From positions 248,001-312,000 of the forward strand of contig MCFH01000020.1 of the NCBI GenBank assembly GCA_002104945.1: a stretch of 64,000 nucleotides of DNA, read 5' to 3'. The DNA is from Piromyces finnis finn. Taxonomy: Eukaryota > Fungi > Neocallimastigomycota. A program made the position numbers and the translations under genes. The notes beneath the pieces were generated by a model. That model was not told where the DNA came from and did no database searches. It was given only the letters and a program-made list of their open reading frames with translations. This document shows, piece after piece, positions 16,061 through 27,801 of this stretch (position 1 is its first letter; each line of letters begins with the position of its first letter).

Positions 16061-16475
16061 GAAATAATCTGGTACATTTTCTTTTTTAATGTTCATTATA
16101 GAGTATGGCATCATAAATACTATCATTAACATTATTATTATCATTAATGATAGGGCTTGATCAATAAGAAATATGGGATGCTATGGAGAAAAAACAAAAA
16201 AATTTAAACTACTAAATTAAATATACCTATATTGAAATATTTAACACTTTTTTTTAATAAATAAAATAAAAATTAATTTTATGTATAAATATTTTTAATT
16301 TTTTTTTTTCATTGTTTTTTTCTTTTTCTTTTCTTTTTTTTTTATTTTTCCTTTTCTTTTTTTTTCTTAACAACGGTAGGATTCATTGGAAGTTATTTTA
16401 ATGACTTTCTAATGCTTTATGATTATATTATTAAACTTTTAAAAATTTCTTTTACTATTTTTTTTTTTTTATTTT

Positions 16476-16520
<45 letters not shown>

Positions 16521-16755
16521 GGCATCAAATATTTTAAACTTTATTATTAATTTAATTAAAATTATAATACATGAAATATAAAAATTAAAATAAAATAAAA
16601 ATAAAAAAAATATGTTTAAATAAACACAAATGAATAAAAATTGGGTATAATGTATTCTAGTAATTTTAATTAAAGTAAGAAAGCCACTATCATACTAAAG
16701 TATAATAATTGTATTTGACTTCCAATGGGACACCGAGCCAAAGATCAAAATTTTG

Positions 16756-19700
16756 TCATGGAACAAAATTATGATCTCCATTGGTTGCGCTGGCCCTCCT
16801 GGCCTGTCTTACTGTTTCTTCAGCATTGACGCTCTTGGATGTTGCTTCAAACCTTTTGAACATTGACCATTGCTGGCCAATAGCAAAAGGCATGATTTTG
16901 GTTAGAAGTTCCGCGGTTACCGTCAAGAATGGTGCTCCTTCATTAGTACCAGATTGAATCTGACGCTTACAAAGTTCTTTCCATTCCCTTGAATTGTAAT
17001 TGATATTGTTAAAACTTCTTCCCCCAAGAAGGAATTTAAATATTTTACTGCACACACTAGAATAATCATACACATTAATATTCACCGGATTATTAGAACT
17101 ATTACTATCATTAACTAAATTACTATCTAAATTAGAATTATTATCTTCACTATTGCTATCATTACTAGTATTATTATTTCTATAACTACTATTGTTATTA
17201 TTACTATTTCTATTATTACTATTGTTACTATTACTATTGTTACTATTACTATTGTTACTATTACTATTGTAATTATTATTACTACTAATGTTACTATTAC
17301 TATTAATGTTATTGCTATCACTACTGATATTATCAATTTCATTATTATTGATAGGACTATTGGAATTACGTTGACTGAAAAAATTTAATAGCTGGACTAT
17401 AGAATCATAATGTTTAATACGGATATCTCTAAATGTTGGACAATCTAATAACCAATGTTTAATACTTTGATCTCCACACTTGCAACATGGACAGTAGTTA
17501 GGACAAACTGGATCAACAAATTTGGCAGCTTTGGCAACTCTAGCATCCAACTTGTATCCGCTTCTTGCTTTCAATAGCCAGTAGAAGCCATAGGCAAACT
17601 CTGGGTACTCATAACATAATTTAATAAAATCTTTAGTTTCAATAAATTTATTATCATCATAATATTGCGCTTTGATTGAATTCCCTTTGAGATCTTTCCA
17701 ATAAAAGTTTTTAACTGCTTTAACATCTCCATGTTTCTTTAATTTTTTATCAAGTGTCCTACTTGATTTGCACCACGTGTATTTTCTAAATTTAGGAATG
17801 TAATTGACAAGGTGTGAGATAATACAATTTGAGTTTTTCCATTTGTTAAAACATCTAACCTGAGCTAACGCACATTTGGCTGACAATGGAGGAATATTCA
17901 AATCTTTTGAAATAGAGTATAAAGATATAAACGATACAGCTTTATGAACTCCGGCGACCCATCGTATTCCTTTGTTAACATGCTTCTGAGCAATCCTAGA
18001 CCTAGCTTTGTTGGATCCAAGTAATGGTGCAAAGTATGAAACTCTGCTAATCACTTGTGAGTTAAGTACTAGTTTTTTGAAAGGAATAGGAATATTAGGA
18101 TTTCTTAAGAATTTACTGACTGAGAAAAGCCCTTTCAAAACCTTGTTATTAAGAGCTTTAATTACTGGTTTAAGGGACAGATTCTTATCAAATGGAACAC
18201 CAAGATAAGTATAACAATCAGTAGTTGGAATGGGTTGTCCTGCTAAGTAAAATGTTGGATCTCTCTTGTTCTGATTTTCTATTGATTCAGGACGAATCAC
18301 CATCGTTGAACATTTCTGGATACCAAATTCCATTTCATTATACAATGCCCATTCATTAACTCTTCTAAGCATCTTTTTTAAGCATCCTCTTGTTGGAGCA
18401 CAAATAACTATATCATCTGCAAAAAGTCCACCACAGCATCGAGTGTCACCTAAACTGACTCCTAGATCTTCGCACTCTCTAAATATATCATTAATAAAGA
18501 GATTAAAGAGAATAGGAGAAAGAGGGCAACCTTGACGGACTCCTTTCTTCACATCAAAAGATTTCGAGAATTGTCCATCTAATTTGACATTAGCCTTAGA
18601 TGTTAAATATAAATTTTTGATAAATTGTAGACTCTTACCTCGGATTCCTAAACAATCTAATTTATGGAGAATATTACCGATTGGGACTGAATCGTATGCT
18701 TTCCTGAGATCTAAAAAGGCCAAATATGTCTCTTTATTATCTAATTGACGTCTACGGCATATTTCTTGGATTGAAATGAAAAGACTAATACTTTCTTCCT
18801 TTTTTCGAAAACCAAATTGTTCAGGTCTAATGAAATTATTCTTTAGACCATATTCTGAGATTCTAGTGGTGACAATTTTGGAAATCAACTTAATACCATT
18901 ATTGATAAGTGATATACCTCGATAGTTATCACAATCTGTCAAATCTCCCTTCTTAGGAATAGAAACAATACTGGATTCATTCCATGAGTTGGGGAAATCT
19001 CCATCCCAAATACGGTTGAATAATTTAAGAATAAAATTTAAACCATGAGCATCATTATCTGAAGTAGTATTACCGGAAGAATTATTATCTGTAGCATTAT
19101 TAGAATCATTACTTGATGGAACTAATGCTTTGTAAAATTCAATTGGAATACCATCCGGACCTGATGCTTTATAATTTGGAGTAGTGAGGATAGCTGACTT
19201 GACTTCATCAATACTAATATCTTGGTTGATATCCCACTCATCAAGCATAGGAAGTGAAAAACGTTTATTCGTTGGTTCTTCATACCAATGCTCCAAATCA
19301 AGACTTACACCACTTGGGTCTGATGCAAGATTTTCGAAATGATCATGCCACACATCTAGTTGTTCTTCCGTAGCAACAACTAATTCTCCATTTTTATTTT
19401 TAATTGGTTGAGCAATAAAGAAAGAATCTTTTCCAATTTTTGCAGTTTTCTTGATCCATTTCCAGGCCTTCTTAGGATTATGACTCTTCATATACTCACA
19501 TCCTGTTTTAATCCAATGAAGATATTCTTGCTTCCTAAATTCATTACATCTTTTGTGGATGTAATCAATGAGTTTACGGTAGATTTTAATTCTTTTAATA
19601 AATTCATCTATATCATAAATTCTTTCTTTTTTAAATCTCTTATACAACTTCATTTTGATTTTTTGGAGATTAAAAATTTGTTGTGAAATATGAAATGAAG

Positions 19701-21321
19701 ACTTTATAACATTATTTGCTGAGGTAATACTGAGCTCGTCTGCAATTGAAAAAGCAGTTGAAGTAAACTCTTTGGAAAGTTCATCTGTAGAAACATTAGG
19801 ATCGTTGAATTTTGCTGAAAGTATTTGGAATTTATTATGACTGATAATAGATTCCTTTTCCTCAATACATTTTAATCTATTCCATTTCAGAATTTTCTTA
19901 GGAACATTAAAGTCATTAGAAAAATCTTCCATAGGAATAATTTTACCATTAATAAGAAGTGGCTTATGGTCTGATACAGGATAAAAATTATTTATAAATG
20001 ATCCTGAGTGAATAAGATCTTTCATCTTCGAATTGATAAGAGCATGGTCAATGTCGGAAGATTGATCACCTCGAGTCCAAGAGATAGTAGACCCTCTAAG
20101 CGGAAGAATTTCCCAATCTCCTAATCCATTAGTTGATAACCAGTTGGATAATTTTACTTTAGACATATTAAAATCACCAACAAGAATCGATGGATGGGAT
20201 GAATGAGTTTGTAACCACAAGCGAACTTCTAACTTTGCATGATCAACATAGATGTTGTGATGACTATGAGGCATATAAACATTTCCAATCGAGCATTTGA
20301 ATCTATTCCAGAGACTAAAAGTATAAATAGAAATAATATACTTTCCAGAGAAGTTTTCAAGTGAGGCTTGACACGAATTGTGAAAACCTAAATATAAACC
20401 TCTCATTCCCGGAACTGATTCGTCAGCTTTCTTGAAAAAGTGTCTATAGTTTCGCAAAGTAACACGACAAGGATAATCTGTATTCGATCCAGAACCATTA
20501 CCAGTTTCTTGGAAACATAAAAATAATGGTTTGAAAATAGCTGTGAAATAGCTAATACTATCTCTCTTTTCGTGATTCCACCCATTGGTGTTCCAACTAA
20601 GACAAAAAGAAAAGTTAACAGGCTTGTTGGATGAGGAAGAATCGTTGCTATTATTATTATTATTAAAGTCATCGTTATTAATGGATGATGCATCAGAGGA
20701 ATAAGTAGAACTATTACTAGATGGCTGTGAAACTGAAGAACTATCAACTATTGAACTGTTATCAGAGTTGATAGAGCTATTAGAATTAATTGTTGAATGT
20801 TGAGATTGAAATTGTGTTTGCTGTAGATCTGGAATATTTTCATGATTGGAAACTTGTTGAAGATCTTGTTGAAGATCTAGTTGAAGATCGGATTGTTGAT
20901 GAGATTGTTGAACTGATTGTTGAAATGATTGTTGAATAGAATGTTGATGTTTATTAGAAACTAAAATTTTACGTTTGAGAGTGGAAAAAGTGTATTTGTG
21001 ATTCCTTCTACTACGAGCTGAAAAGGAAATTGAGGTAACTGAAAGTTTCTTCTTTAACATGTGTAAGATTTTAATACAATCTTTTGATGAACCATGAACC
21101 TTGACTAAGAAAAAGTGATCATTGAAAGTTTGAAAATATTTAACACTAATAACTGAATTAAATTTATCTTCTAGAATAACCTCGAGTTTTTCCCATAGCA
21201 TATTTACTGACCATGATCGAATACCACGGATAAAGAAGGAGCGAATATCATCTAAGGGGATACCATAAGACCGGGTACCACGTCTGATATAATTCTTGTC
21301 TTTAATATAAAGGACTGACAT
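16756..21321 (-). CDS. LINE polyprotein: N-terminal extension, APE endonuclease, reverse transcriptase, CCHC zinc knuckle
   Basis: APE motifs SWNTNG, LCFQET, GNVYMP, LVGDFN, IDHAL, SDHKP. RT motifs YRGISL, QFGFR, LDLRKAYDSV, GVRQGCPLSPILFN, LFADD, YTYLG. Knuckle CPCCKCGDQSIKHWLLDC. The frame is uninterrupted. Confidence 0.96.
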   Translation of the reverse strand: MSVLYIKDKNYIRRGTRSYGIPLDDIRSFFIRGIRSWSVNMLWEKLEVILEDKFNSVISVKYFQTFNDHFFLVKVHGSSKDCIKILHMLKKKLSVTSISFSARSRRNHKYTFSTLKRKILVSNKHQHSIQQSFQQSVQQSHQQSDLQLDLQQDLQQVSNHENIPDLQQTQFQSQHSTINSNSSINSDNSSIVDSSSVSQPSSNSSTYSSDASSINNDDFNNNNNSNDSSSSNKPVNFSFCLSWNTNGWNHEKRDSISYFTAIFKPLFLCFQETGNGSGSNTDYPCRVTLRNYRHFFKKADESVPGMRGLYLGFHNSCQASLENFSGKYIISIYTFSLWNRFKCSIGNVYMPHSHHNIYVDHAKLEVRLWLQTHSSHPSILVGDFNMSKVKLSNWLSTNGLGDWEILPLRGSTISWTRGDQSSDIDHALINSKMKDLIHSGSFINNFYPVSDHKPLLINGKIIPMEDFSNDFNVPKKILKWNRLKCIEEKESIISHNKFQILSAKFNDPNVSTDELSKEFTSTAFSIADELSITSANNVIKSSFHISQQIFNLQKIKMKLYKRFKKERIYDIDEFIKRIKIYRKLIDYIHKRCNEFRKQEYLHWIKTGCEYMKSHNPKKAWKWIKKTAKIGKDSFFIAQPIKNKNGELVVATEEQLDVWHDHFENLASDPSGVSLDLEHWYEEPTNKRFSLPMLDEWDINQDISIDEVKSAILTTPNYKASGPDGIPIEFYKALVPSSNDSNNATDNNSSGNTTSDNDAHGLNFILKLFNRIWDGDFPNSWNESSIVSIPKKGDLTDCDNYRGISLINNGIKLISKIVTTRISEYGLKNNFIRPEQFGFRKKEESISLFISIQEICRRRQLDNKETYLAFLDLRKAYDSVPIGNILHKLDCLGIRGKSLQFIKNLYLTSKANVKLDGQFSKSFDVKKGVRQGCPLSPILFNLFINDIFRECEDLGVSLGDTRCCGGLFADDIVICAPTRGCLKKMLRRVNEWALYNEMEFGIQKCSTMVIRPESIENQNKRDPTFYLAGQPIPTTDCYTYLGVPFDKNLSLKPVIKALNNKVLKGLFSVSKFLRNPNIPIPFKKLVLNSQVISRVSYFAPLLGSNKARSRIAQKHVNKGIRWVAGVHKAVSFISLYSISKDLNIPPLSAKCALAQVRCFNKWKNSNCIISHLVNYIPKFRKYTWCKSSRTLDKKLKKHGDVKAVKNFYWKDLKGNSIKAQYYDDNKFIETKDFIKLCYEYPEFAYGFYWLLKARSGYKLDARVAKAAKFVDPVCPNYCPCCKCGDQSIKHWLLDCPTFRDIRIKHYDSIVQLLNFFSQRNSNSPINNNEIDNISSDSNNINSNSNISSNNNYNSNSNNSNSNNSNSNNSNNRNSNNNNSSYRNNNTSNDSNSEDNNSNLDSNLVNDSNSSNNPVNINVYDYSSVCSKIFKFLLGGRSFNNINYNSREWKELCKRQIQSGTNEGAPFLTVTAELLTKIMPFAIGQQWSMFKRFEATSKSVNAEETVRQARRASATNGDHNFVP

Positions 21322-21918
21322 GATAATAAATTCTAATTAAAAATATTGAATATAAAATAAATACTAATAAAAATTATAAATATAACGTATATGGAAAAAA
21401 AATCTGTCTCTCTCTCTCTTCTTAAAAGTACTGGATAGTACAAAAATTGTTACGATGCTTTGTTTAAAGTTTCTTTTTTTGAATTCTAGTTGTAAATTTT
21501 CTTTAAAAATTCTAGTTTTGGTTTGTTGTTAGTAAATTCGAATCGCTTTTTGACACTAAACTTGTTTGACTTTACTTTTCATTAAATATTTAAATTGGTA
21601 AAAAATTTGAATCAAGAATGTCGACACCAGAAAGCTTGTGAATAGTATTTTTACATGATGTAGAGTGAATCAGTCTCTTACAAGAAACAATACAACAATA
21701 GCTACATGAATATAAAAATACAATGCAAATACTAAAGTTGACTACATTGGATTCTTACAAGAGAAGAGTAGTACTACATGAATACATGAATAAAAGAAAA
21801 AATACAGCAACAAAATGTATTACTCTTCTAATTAAATACTATACAAACTTGCCTGAATATCAAACATTCAACTTATTCATCAAATACTTAATTCGATGAA
21901 TAAAATGTTTTTTAATCG

Positions 21919-22209
21919 CTCAGTACCATGAGCTTAGTCCTAATAATTTTCCCTTAAAGACTAACCAAGCATCCATTGCGCAATGCTTGGATTTAATTCT
22001 TTCTACTCTCTCAGTACCATGAGCATGAGTAGACCCCCTTGATAAACTCCATTATTAAATAAATGAAGGCACGTTCCTAAGAGGGCACCAAGCATCCATT
22101 GCGCAATACTTGGATTTAATTCTTTCTACTCTCTCAGTACCATGAGCATGAGTAGACCCCCTTGAGAAACTACATTTATTTAATAAATGAAGGCACGTTC
22201 CCAAGAGGG
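21919..22209 (-). repeat. Tandem ~123-bp monomers at the LINE 5' end (2 full plus 1 partial)
   Basis: 22087-22209 and 21964-22085 are near-identical. The 15-mer ctcagtaccatgagc recurs a third time at 21919-21933. Confidence 0.92.
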
Positions 22210-22622
22210 TTTTTTATTTTAAAAGGGTAAAAAAAAAACAAACTTTTATTTTTTTTTTAAACTTTATTTTTTTCTAATTTTAAATATATATAATTGTGAA
22301 TTAGCGCTTTATTACTTATTTATTAAAACAAAGATATTTTTTTTTTTTTTTATCTTTTTTCTTTTTCTTTCTTAAATTAATATATTATAGTAATTCATTA
22401 TGAAATAATAATAATAAAAGTTTATAAAATGTAAATAGATATTATTTTATAAATTTTTTAAATTATGCTAAAGTAAAAAAGTTTTTTTTTTAATTTTAAT
22501 TTCTTTACAAATGAAAAAAAGGGAGCTGTAGGGTTAATAGTTTAAATAAAATAAATGTGATAAAAAAAAAAAAAAGGTAAACGTAAAAACGAAAAATAAA
22601 TTAATTTATTGAATTATTTGTT

Positions 22623-24998
22623 TCAATTGTTAACCTTTTCATATAATTGGTTAATAGTATCGCTATAGTAACGCTTAATTTGAATACGTTTATTTTTGAA
22701 AGTTGGTGTTAATAATCCATTTTCAATAGAGAATGGTTCAGAAATTAAAGCAATTTCTTTTGGAATTTCATAACCGTTAAGACCAAAGTTTCTACAGATG
22801 TTTTCAATATCTTGTAAAATTAATAAACGAGCAGATTCAGATTGACATACTTTTTCTAAAGTCCATTCACTGTCATTATCATTTTCACCCTTGATTTCTG
22901 GAATGACATTTTCAATATCTGGAACAACAATACCAACAAGCTTAGATGAAAGTGGATTACCATCAATATAAGATTGAGCAATAAATTTACTATTGTTAAT
23001 GACAGCTTCAATTTTTTCTGGAGCAATGTATTCACCTTGAGCAAGCTTAAAGATATTCTTTTTTCTATCAATAATCTTAATTGTACCGTTTGGTAATAAT
23101 TCACCAATATCACCACTGTGAACCCAACCTTCAGAATCAATAGTTTCAGCAGTAGCTTCTGGATTGTTGTGATAACCAATAAAACTATTGTAACCTCTTG
23201 TACAAATTTCACCTCTTGGATTTGGTTCATCATTGGCATAGTATTCCATTTCTGGGACATCAACTAATTTCATTTCACAACTACAGACTGGTGGACCAAT
23301 ATTACTACCATATTGATATTGATAATCACCATAAAGTTGGATATTAGAAACAGTACAGGTTTCAGTTTGACCATAACCTTCATAAACTTGACAACCAAGA
23401 ACAATTCTCATGAATTCAATAATATTGTAATCAATTGGAGCAGATCCACAAATAATAAACTTCATTCTACCACCAACAACATTTTGAACCTTTTCAAAAA
23501 CAAGTTTATCCCAAATACTATCTCTTGTAATACTATTAAAAAATATAAAAATAAAAATTGAAATAGTTATTAATCAAAATGGTACAAATAATAATTATAA
23601 ACAATACTAATAATAATAATGATAAAAAAAAATAACAGTATGTAATAGTATAAATAAATATTTAAAAACTATATAAATTATGATTAACTTACATTCCCTT
23701 TCTAAGTAAACTACGTTTTCTTGATACAGCAAAATTGAAAATAAGTTTTTTAATAAATCCAGAATTATTAACATTATTCATAATACTATCATAAATTCTA
23801 CAAAGAACTCTTGGGACAGAAGGCATACTATTTGGTTTTAAAATTCCAATATCAGAAGTTAAATTACGAGCACTTCCAGAGAAGAAACCAATTTTTAAAC
23901 CATAACTTTGGAAAGCATGGCTAATAACTCTTTCTAAAACATGAGCTAATGGTAAGTAAGAATAGTGAACATGATTCTTTGAAACATTATAACCAGCATT
24001 TTCGAAATAACCATGAACAGAAGCGCAAATACTCTTATTCTTTAAAATAACACCCTTTGGAGTACCAGTAGTACCAGAGGTATAACAAATGGTAAAAACA
24101 TCTTCTGGAGTAATATAAACTGGTTCAACACGGTGTTCCTTACCATAATTTAAAACTTCATCCAAAGTACGAAGAGAAAGACCTAATTCTTTAGCCTTTT
24201 CTAATTTATCAGCTGGAATAGTTTTTAAACCATAGTTACAGACAATGATATGTTCTAAAACATTAGTTTTGGTTTTAAGTTCAAAGAGGTTGTTAAGATG
24301 TTCCATATGAGTAATAACTAATTTAATATTAGTATTGTCAATAATATATTTAAGAGAACTAATATCAAAACTGTTATAGAGTGGAGTAGAAATAATTGTG
24401 TAGAAAAGACAAGCTATTAAAAATAATATAAAATGAATATTATTATTTAGTTTAAGAAAAATCAAATAATAATTTATTTTAAAAAAATTTTTTTTTATTT
24501 ACCATTATCAGCAATATTCCATTCTGGACAATTTACCATATAGATACCAAGAGTTTTTTCAAATTCACATTTTGGTTTATAACCATATAAATTAATCATG
24601 GCTGAACCAAGATTAATGTAAGCTTCTTCAGCTTCACCTATATTTATATTAATAAAAAGAATGAGAAAATAATACTATATCTTGAAAAAAAAATATTGAT
24701 TAATTTTACCAAAGGTCATCCATTCATATTTATTATTAACTCTTCTACCCAAGAAATCAGCGTCTCTTCCATGAATTTCCATGTTATTATAGAAACAATC
24801 AACAGAAGTACAGATTTTTTTTATTTTTTCTTCACCAGTTTCTTTATCTATATAAGGATAAGTGATATGATCGTAAAGTTCACCATTGTGAACATTTCTA
24901 CGAATAATATCTGATTCTCCTTTTTTATCATTCTTTATAAGAATGGACTGGTTCTTTAAAGTTTCTTGATCGATATCTGGTTGTGAAAAGAAAAACAT
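22623..24998 (-). CDS. Long-chain fatty acyl-CoA synthetase (ACSL/FAA family), 4 exons
   Basis: AMP-binding motif TICYTSGTTGTPKG, SYLPLAHVLER, YEGYGQTET, GEICTRG, GWVHSGDIG, IIDRKKNIFKLAQGEYIAPEKIE, LLTPTFK. Exons at about 24998-24710, 24641-24502, 24412-23693 and 23532-22623. Confidence 0.95.
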
Positions 24999-27801
24999 TT
25001 TTCTATTCGTTTTTTTTTTTTTTATTTTTATTATAAAATATTAATATGTATTTTTGTTTAGTTTTTAAGTTTTTCAATTTATCTTTTTTAATTTAATTTT
25101 CTAATAAAAAAAAACATATAATTATAAACATATAATTATATTTTTATAATATGTTTTTTTCAACAAAATATTATTTTTCTTTTGTTTATTTAATCTTACT
25201 TTTATTGAAGCTTTTGTACCATATAAACCTTTTAATGTTACCTATTTATTCAAACAAGAAGCTTTTCACTATAAATAACAAAAAAAAAAAAAGCAACTTT
25301 ATTTTTAGTACTTTTATCCTTCTTTTATATATAAGGTCTTTTTATTATTATTATTTATTTATTGAAGGATAAACGCTAATACTTTAATTATTTTTTATTA
25401 TTAATTATCATTTAATATTAATTTTATATATAGATTAATATTAATCTAATAATATATTAATTGAAATATAATACACCAAAAGGTTAAAAGTAATATATTA
25501 CCAGTTGATTGTAATAAATACTTTTTTTAATATTTTAATAAAAATTTTTGTGTAATTGAAAATTTCTTTTAAATCACATGAAAATAATATTAAATAAAGT
25601 TTTAACCTATATTATAATTATAAATTACATTTCTATTAATCTGTTAAATAATATATTAATGAATCCAATTTATCATATATTAGCTAAATTTGACAGCAAA
25701 AAAGTTGAAATAAAAAATAATATATATATTTTTTGAGCAAAGAGCTAAAGGAAGGCAAGTGTTTTTTTTTACCTAGTAAGCTTGGATAACTAGTTTAATT
25801 GATGAAAAAAAAGAGTATTTCATTGTTACATATGCATTAAAAACTATTTTAGAAAAGGTATACATACATTATTTATTAATGCATTTTTTTTTCAAAATAA
25901 TAAGTAGTAAATAATTAATATTGAATATAAAGATAAATTTTTTAATGAATGTCTAAAATCATAGATTTAAATGATCATTTTTATTCATGAATGTACTTAT
26001 TCTTTTTCATTAGTTATGTGAATAATTAAAGTATAGACCAACTTTTATTTAAAAAACTATTTTTATAGTTAATATAGTAAGTTTATTATCTAATTAATAT
26101 GATAGACGATGTTCTATGTTATTAATAAGGTATACAGGAAAGTACAAAAGGTGGTTTTTTAGATAATAAATTAAAGTAGGATTATAATAGTCTTTTTAAA
26201 TTTAAAACTAATATATAATATATATTATAAAATTTACACCTTATTATTATATATAAAAATAAGGTCTTTTTTTTTTTTATAATATTTCCTAACCAGAATT
26301 TGTGGTGTAAAAAATTGAAAAGTAGGTAGAAATGTTTACTTTAAATTTTATTAAAAAAAGACAATTAGTAAATAATATAATATATTCTAATTAAATCAAA
26401 TTATGGGTAAATTATTTATTATTATATTTATTTTATATATTATACTGTCAATTACTAATATATTTAATATTCTCTTTCAATCCCCCAAAAAATAAAATTA
26501 ACATGCAATATTACTATAAAAAGTAATTTTTTATATATTAATAATGAATAAATAAACAATAAATTAATAAATAAAATTAATTATAATGAAGGAATAAAAA
26601 TTAATTAAATTCAAGCCAAAAAAAACTTGGCTTACCATAATTTTTTTTAATCCTCATAAAGTCAAATGAGCTATACCTAACAGCAATAGCAGCAATAGCA
26701 ATAGCAGCAATAGCAACAAATTATTAAAAATATTGCCATCACATTAATAGTAACAGAATGTATGGTAATAAGGATACTATTTATTATAATAATACTTTTT
26801 ATTTTAAATGTTAAAAATATATCTTCTTTTTTTTTTTTTAATAATTGATAATAAATAAAATAATTAGGAATTCCTTTTGACTTTATTTAGTATTCTTATC
26901 TTTTAAATATTTCATATTATCATTTTGATTTTAAATTAACAAAGTTTTATACTTTAAATACTAAATTATAGAAATTGAAATTTGGATATATTTAATAATT
27001 AGAGACATTTTTGTTACCTCTTAATATAATTATTATAAAAAAAAAAAAAAAACAATTTATAACGAAGAGACTCTATAAAATATTAGTTTTTCATATTTAT
27101 TGATATTATTTAAATTTGTTTTACTAAAAAAATTTATAAATTTATTTTGTATACATAATGTATATTGTATACATAAATTAAGTTTTTAAAATTAAAAAAT
27201 TGGAAACATTTCATTAATAAAGCATACATAATAATTTTATTTAATATATTTAAAAGAGAAAAAAAACTAAACTTTTATAATAAAATAGTTTAACTCTATA
27301 TATTAGATTATATTGGTAAGTATATTATTTTGTAAATTCTTCATGTCAGTTGTTAGTAAAGTGCAGTAAAAAAAAAAACTAGGAATAATTAATATATAAA
27401 AGAAAAACATTAAAATTTTATAGAAAAGAAAGAATAATATAATGTGTTTTTACTGTCATTTCAAAGTATTGCTTTTTTTTTTTTTTTTTTTTTTACTTTT
27501 TTTACTACTTATTTAAATATAAAAATTTATATATTTTTTATAATTAAAATAAAAAAACATCATTTTATTTATAATTTAACTTTTAATTGTTATATTATTT
27601 CAAAATTATTTCTAAGTAAATATATATAAATATTTAAATTATATATTGTATTGAATCAAAAAATATTTTATTGTGTTTTTAGAAATTTACTTTTATTAAA
27701 TAAATAAATAAGATAGTTTTTACATGCATTAATAAATATATGTGAAAGGGAATATGTAAAAAAAAAAGTTAATAATAAATATATTATTTAGGAATGATTC
27801 T

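Larger units (their letters stand above)
16479..22209 (-). mobile_element. Full-length non-LTR retrotransposon (LINE, APE-RT type), about 5.7 kb
   Basis: Poly(A) tail (T-run 16479-16518), about 240-bp 3' UTR, single 1521-aa ORF, about 890-bp 5' UTR. Candidate 14-bp TSD TTTTTTATTTTAAA at 16465-16478 and 22210-22223; it is low complexity, so it is less certain than the other TSDs. Confidence 0.93.

Noticed and set aside
18008-20747. Antisense ORFs within the LINE copies (18008, 19408, 20403, 38724, 40124) and within host genes (e.g. 6354, 6945, 12590, 42037, 56982)
   Set aside because: They are shadow frames of real ORFs with no independent motifs.
21964-22209. HDV-like, hammerhead or twister ribozyme call for the LINE 5' monomers
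   Set aside because: There is no CUGANGA core, no HDV L3/P1.1 arrangement and no twister UAA/GAGGG topology. Reported only as unexplained structure.
21919-22209. CRISPR-like array
   Set aside because: These are contiguous long tandem units with no unique spacers and no cas genes, in a eukaryotic context.
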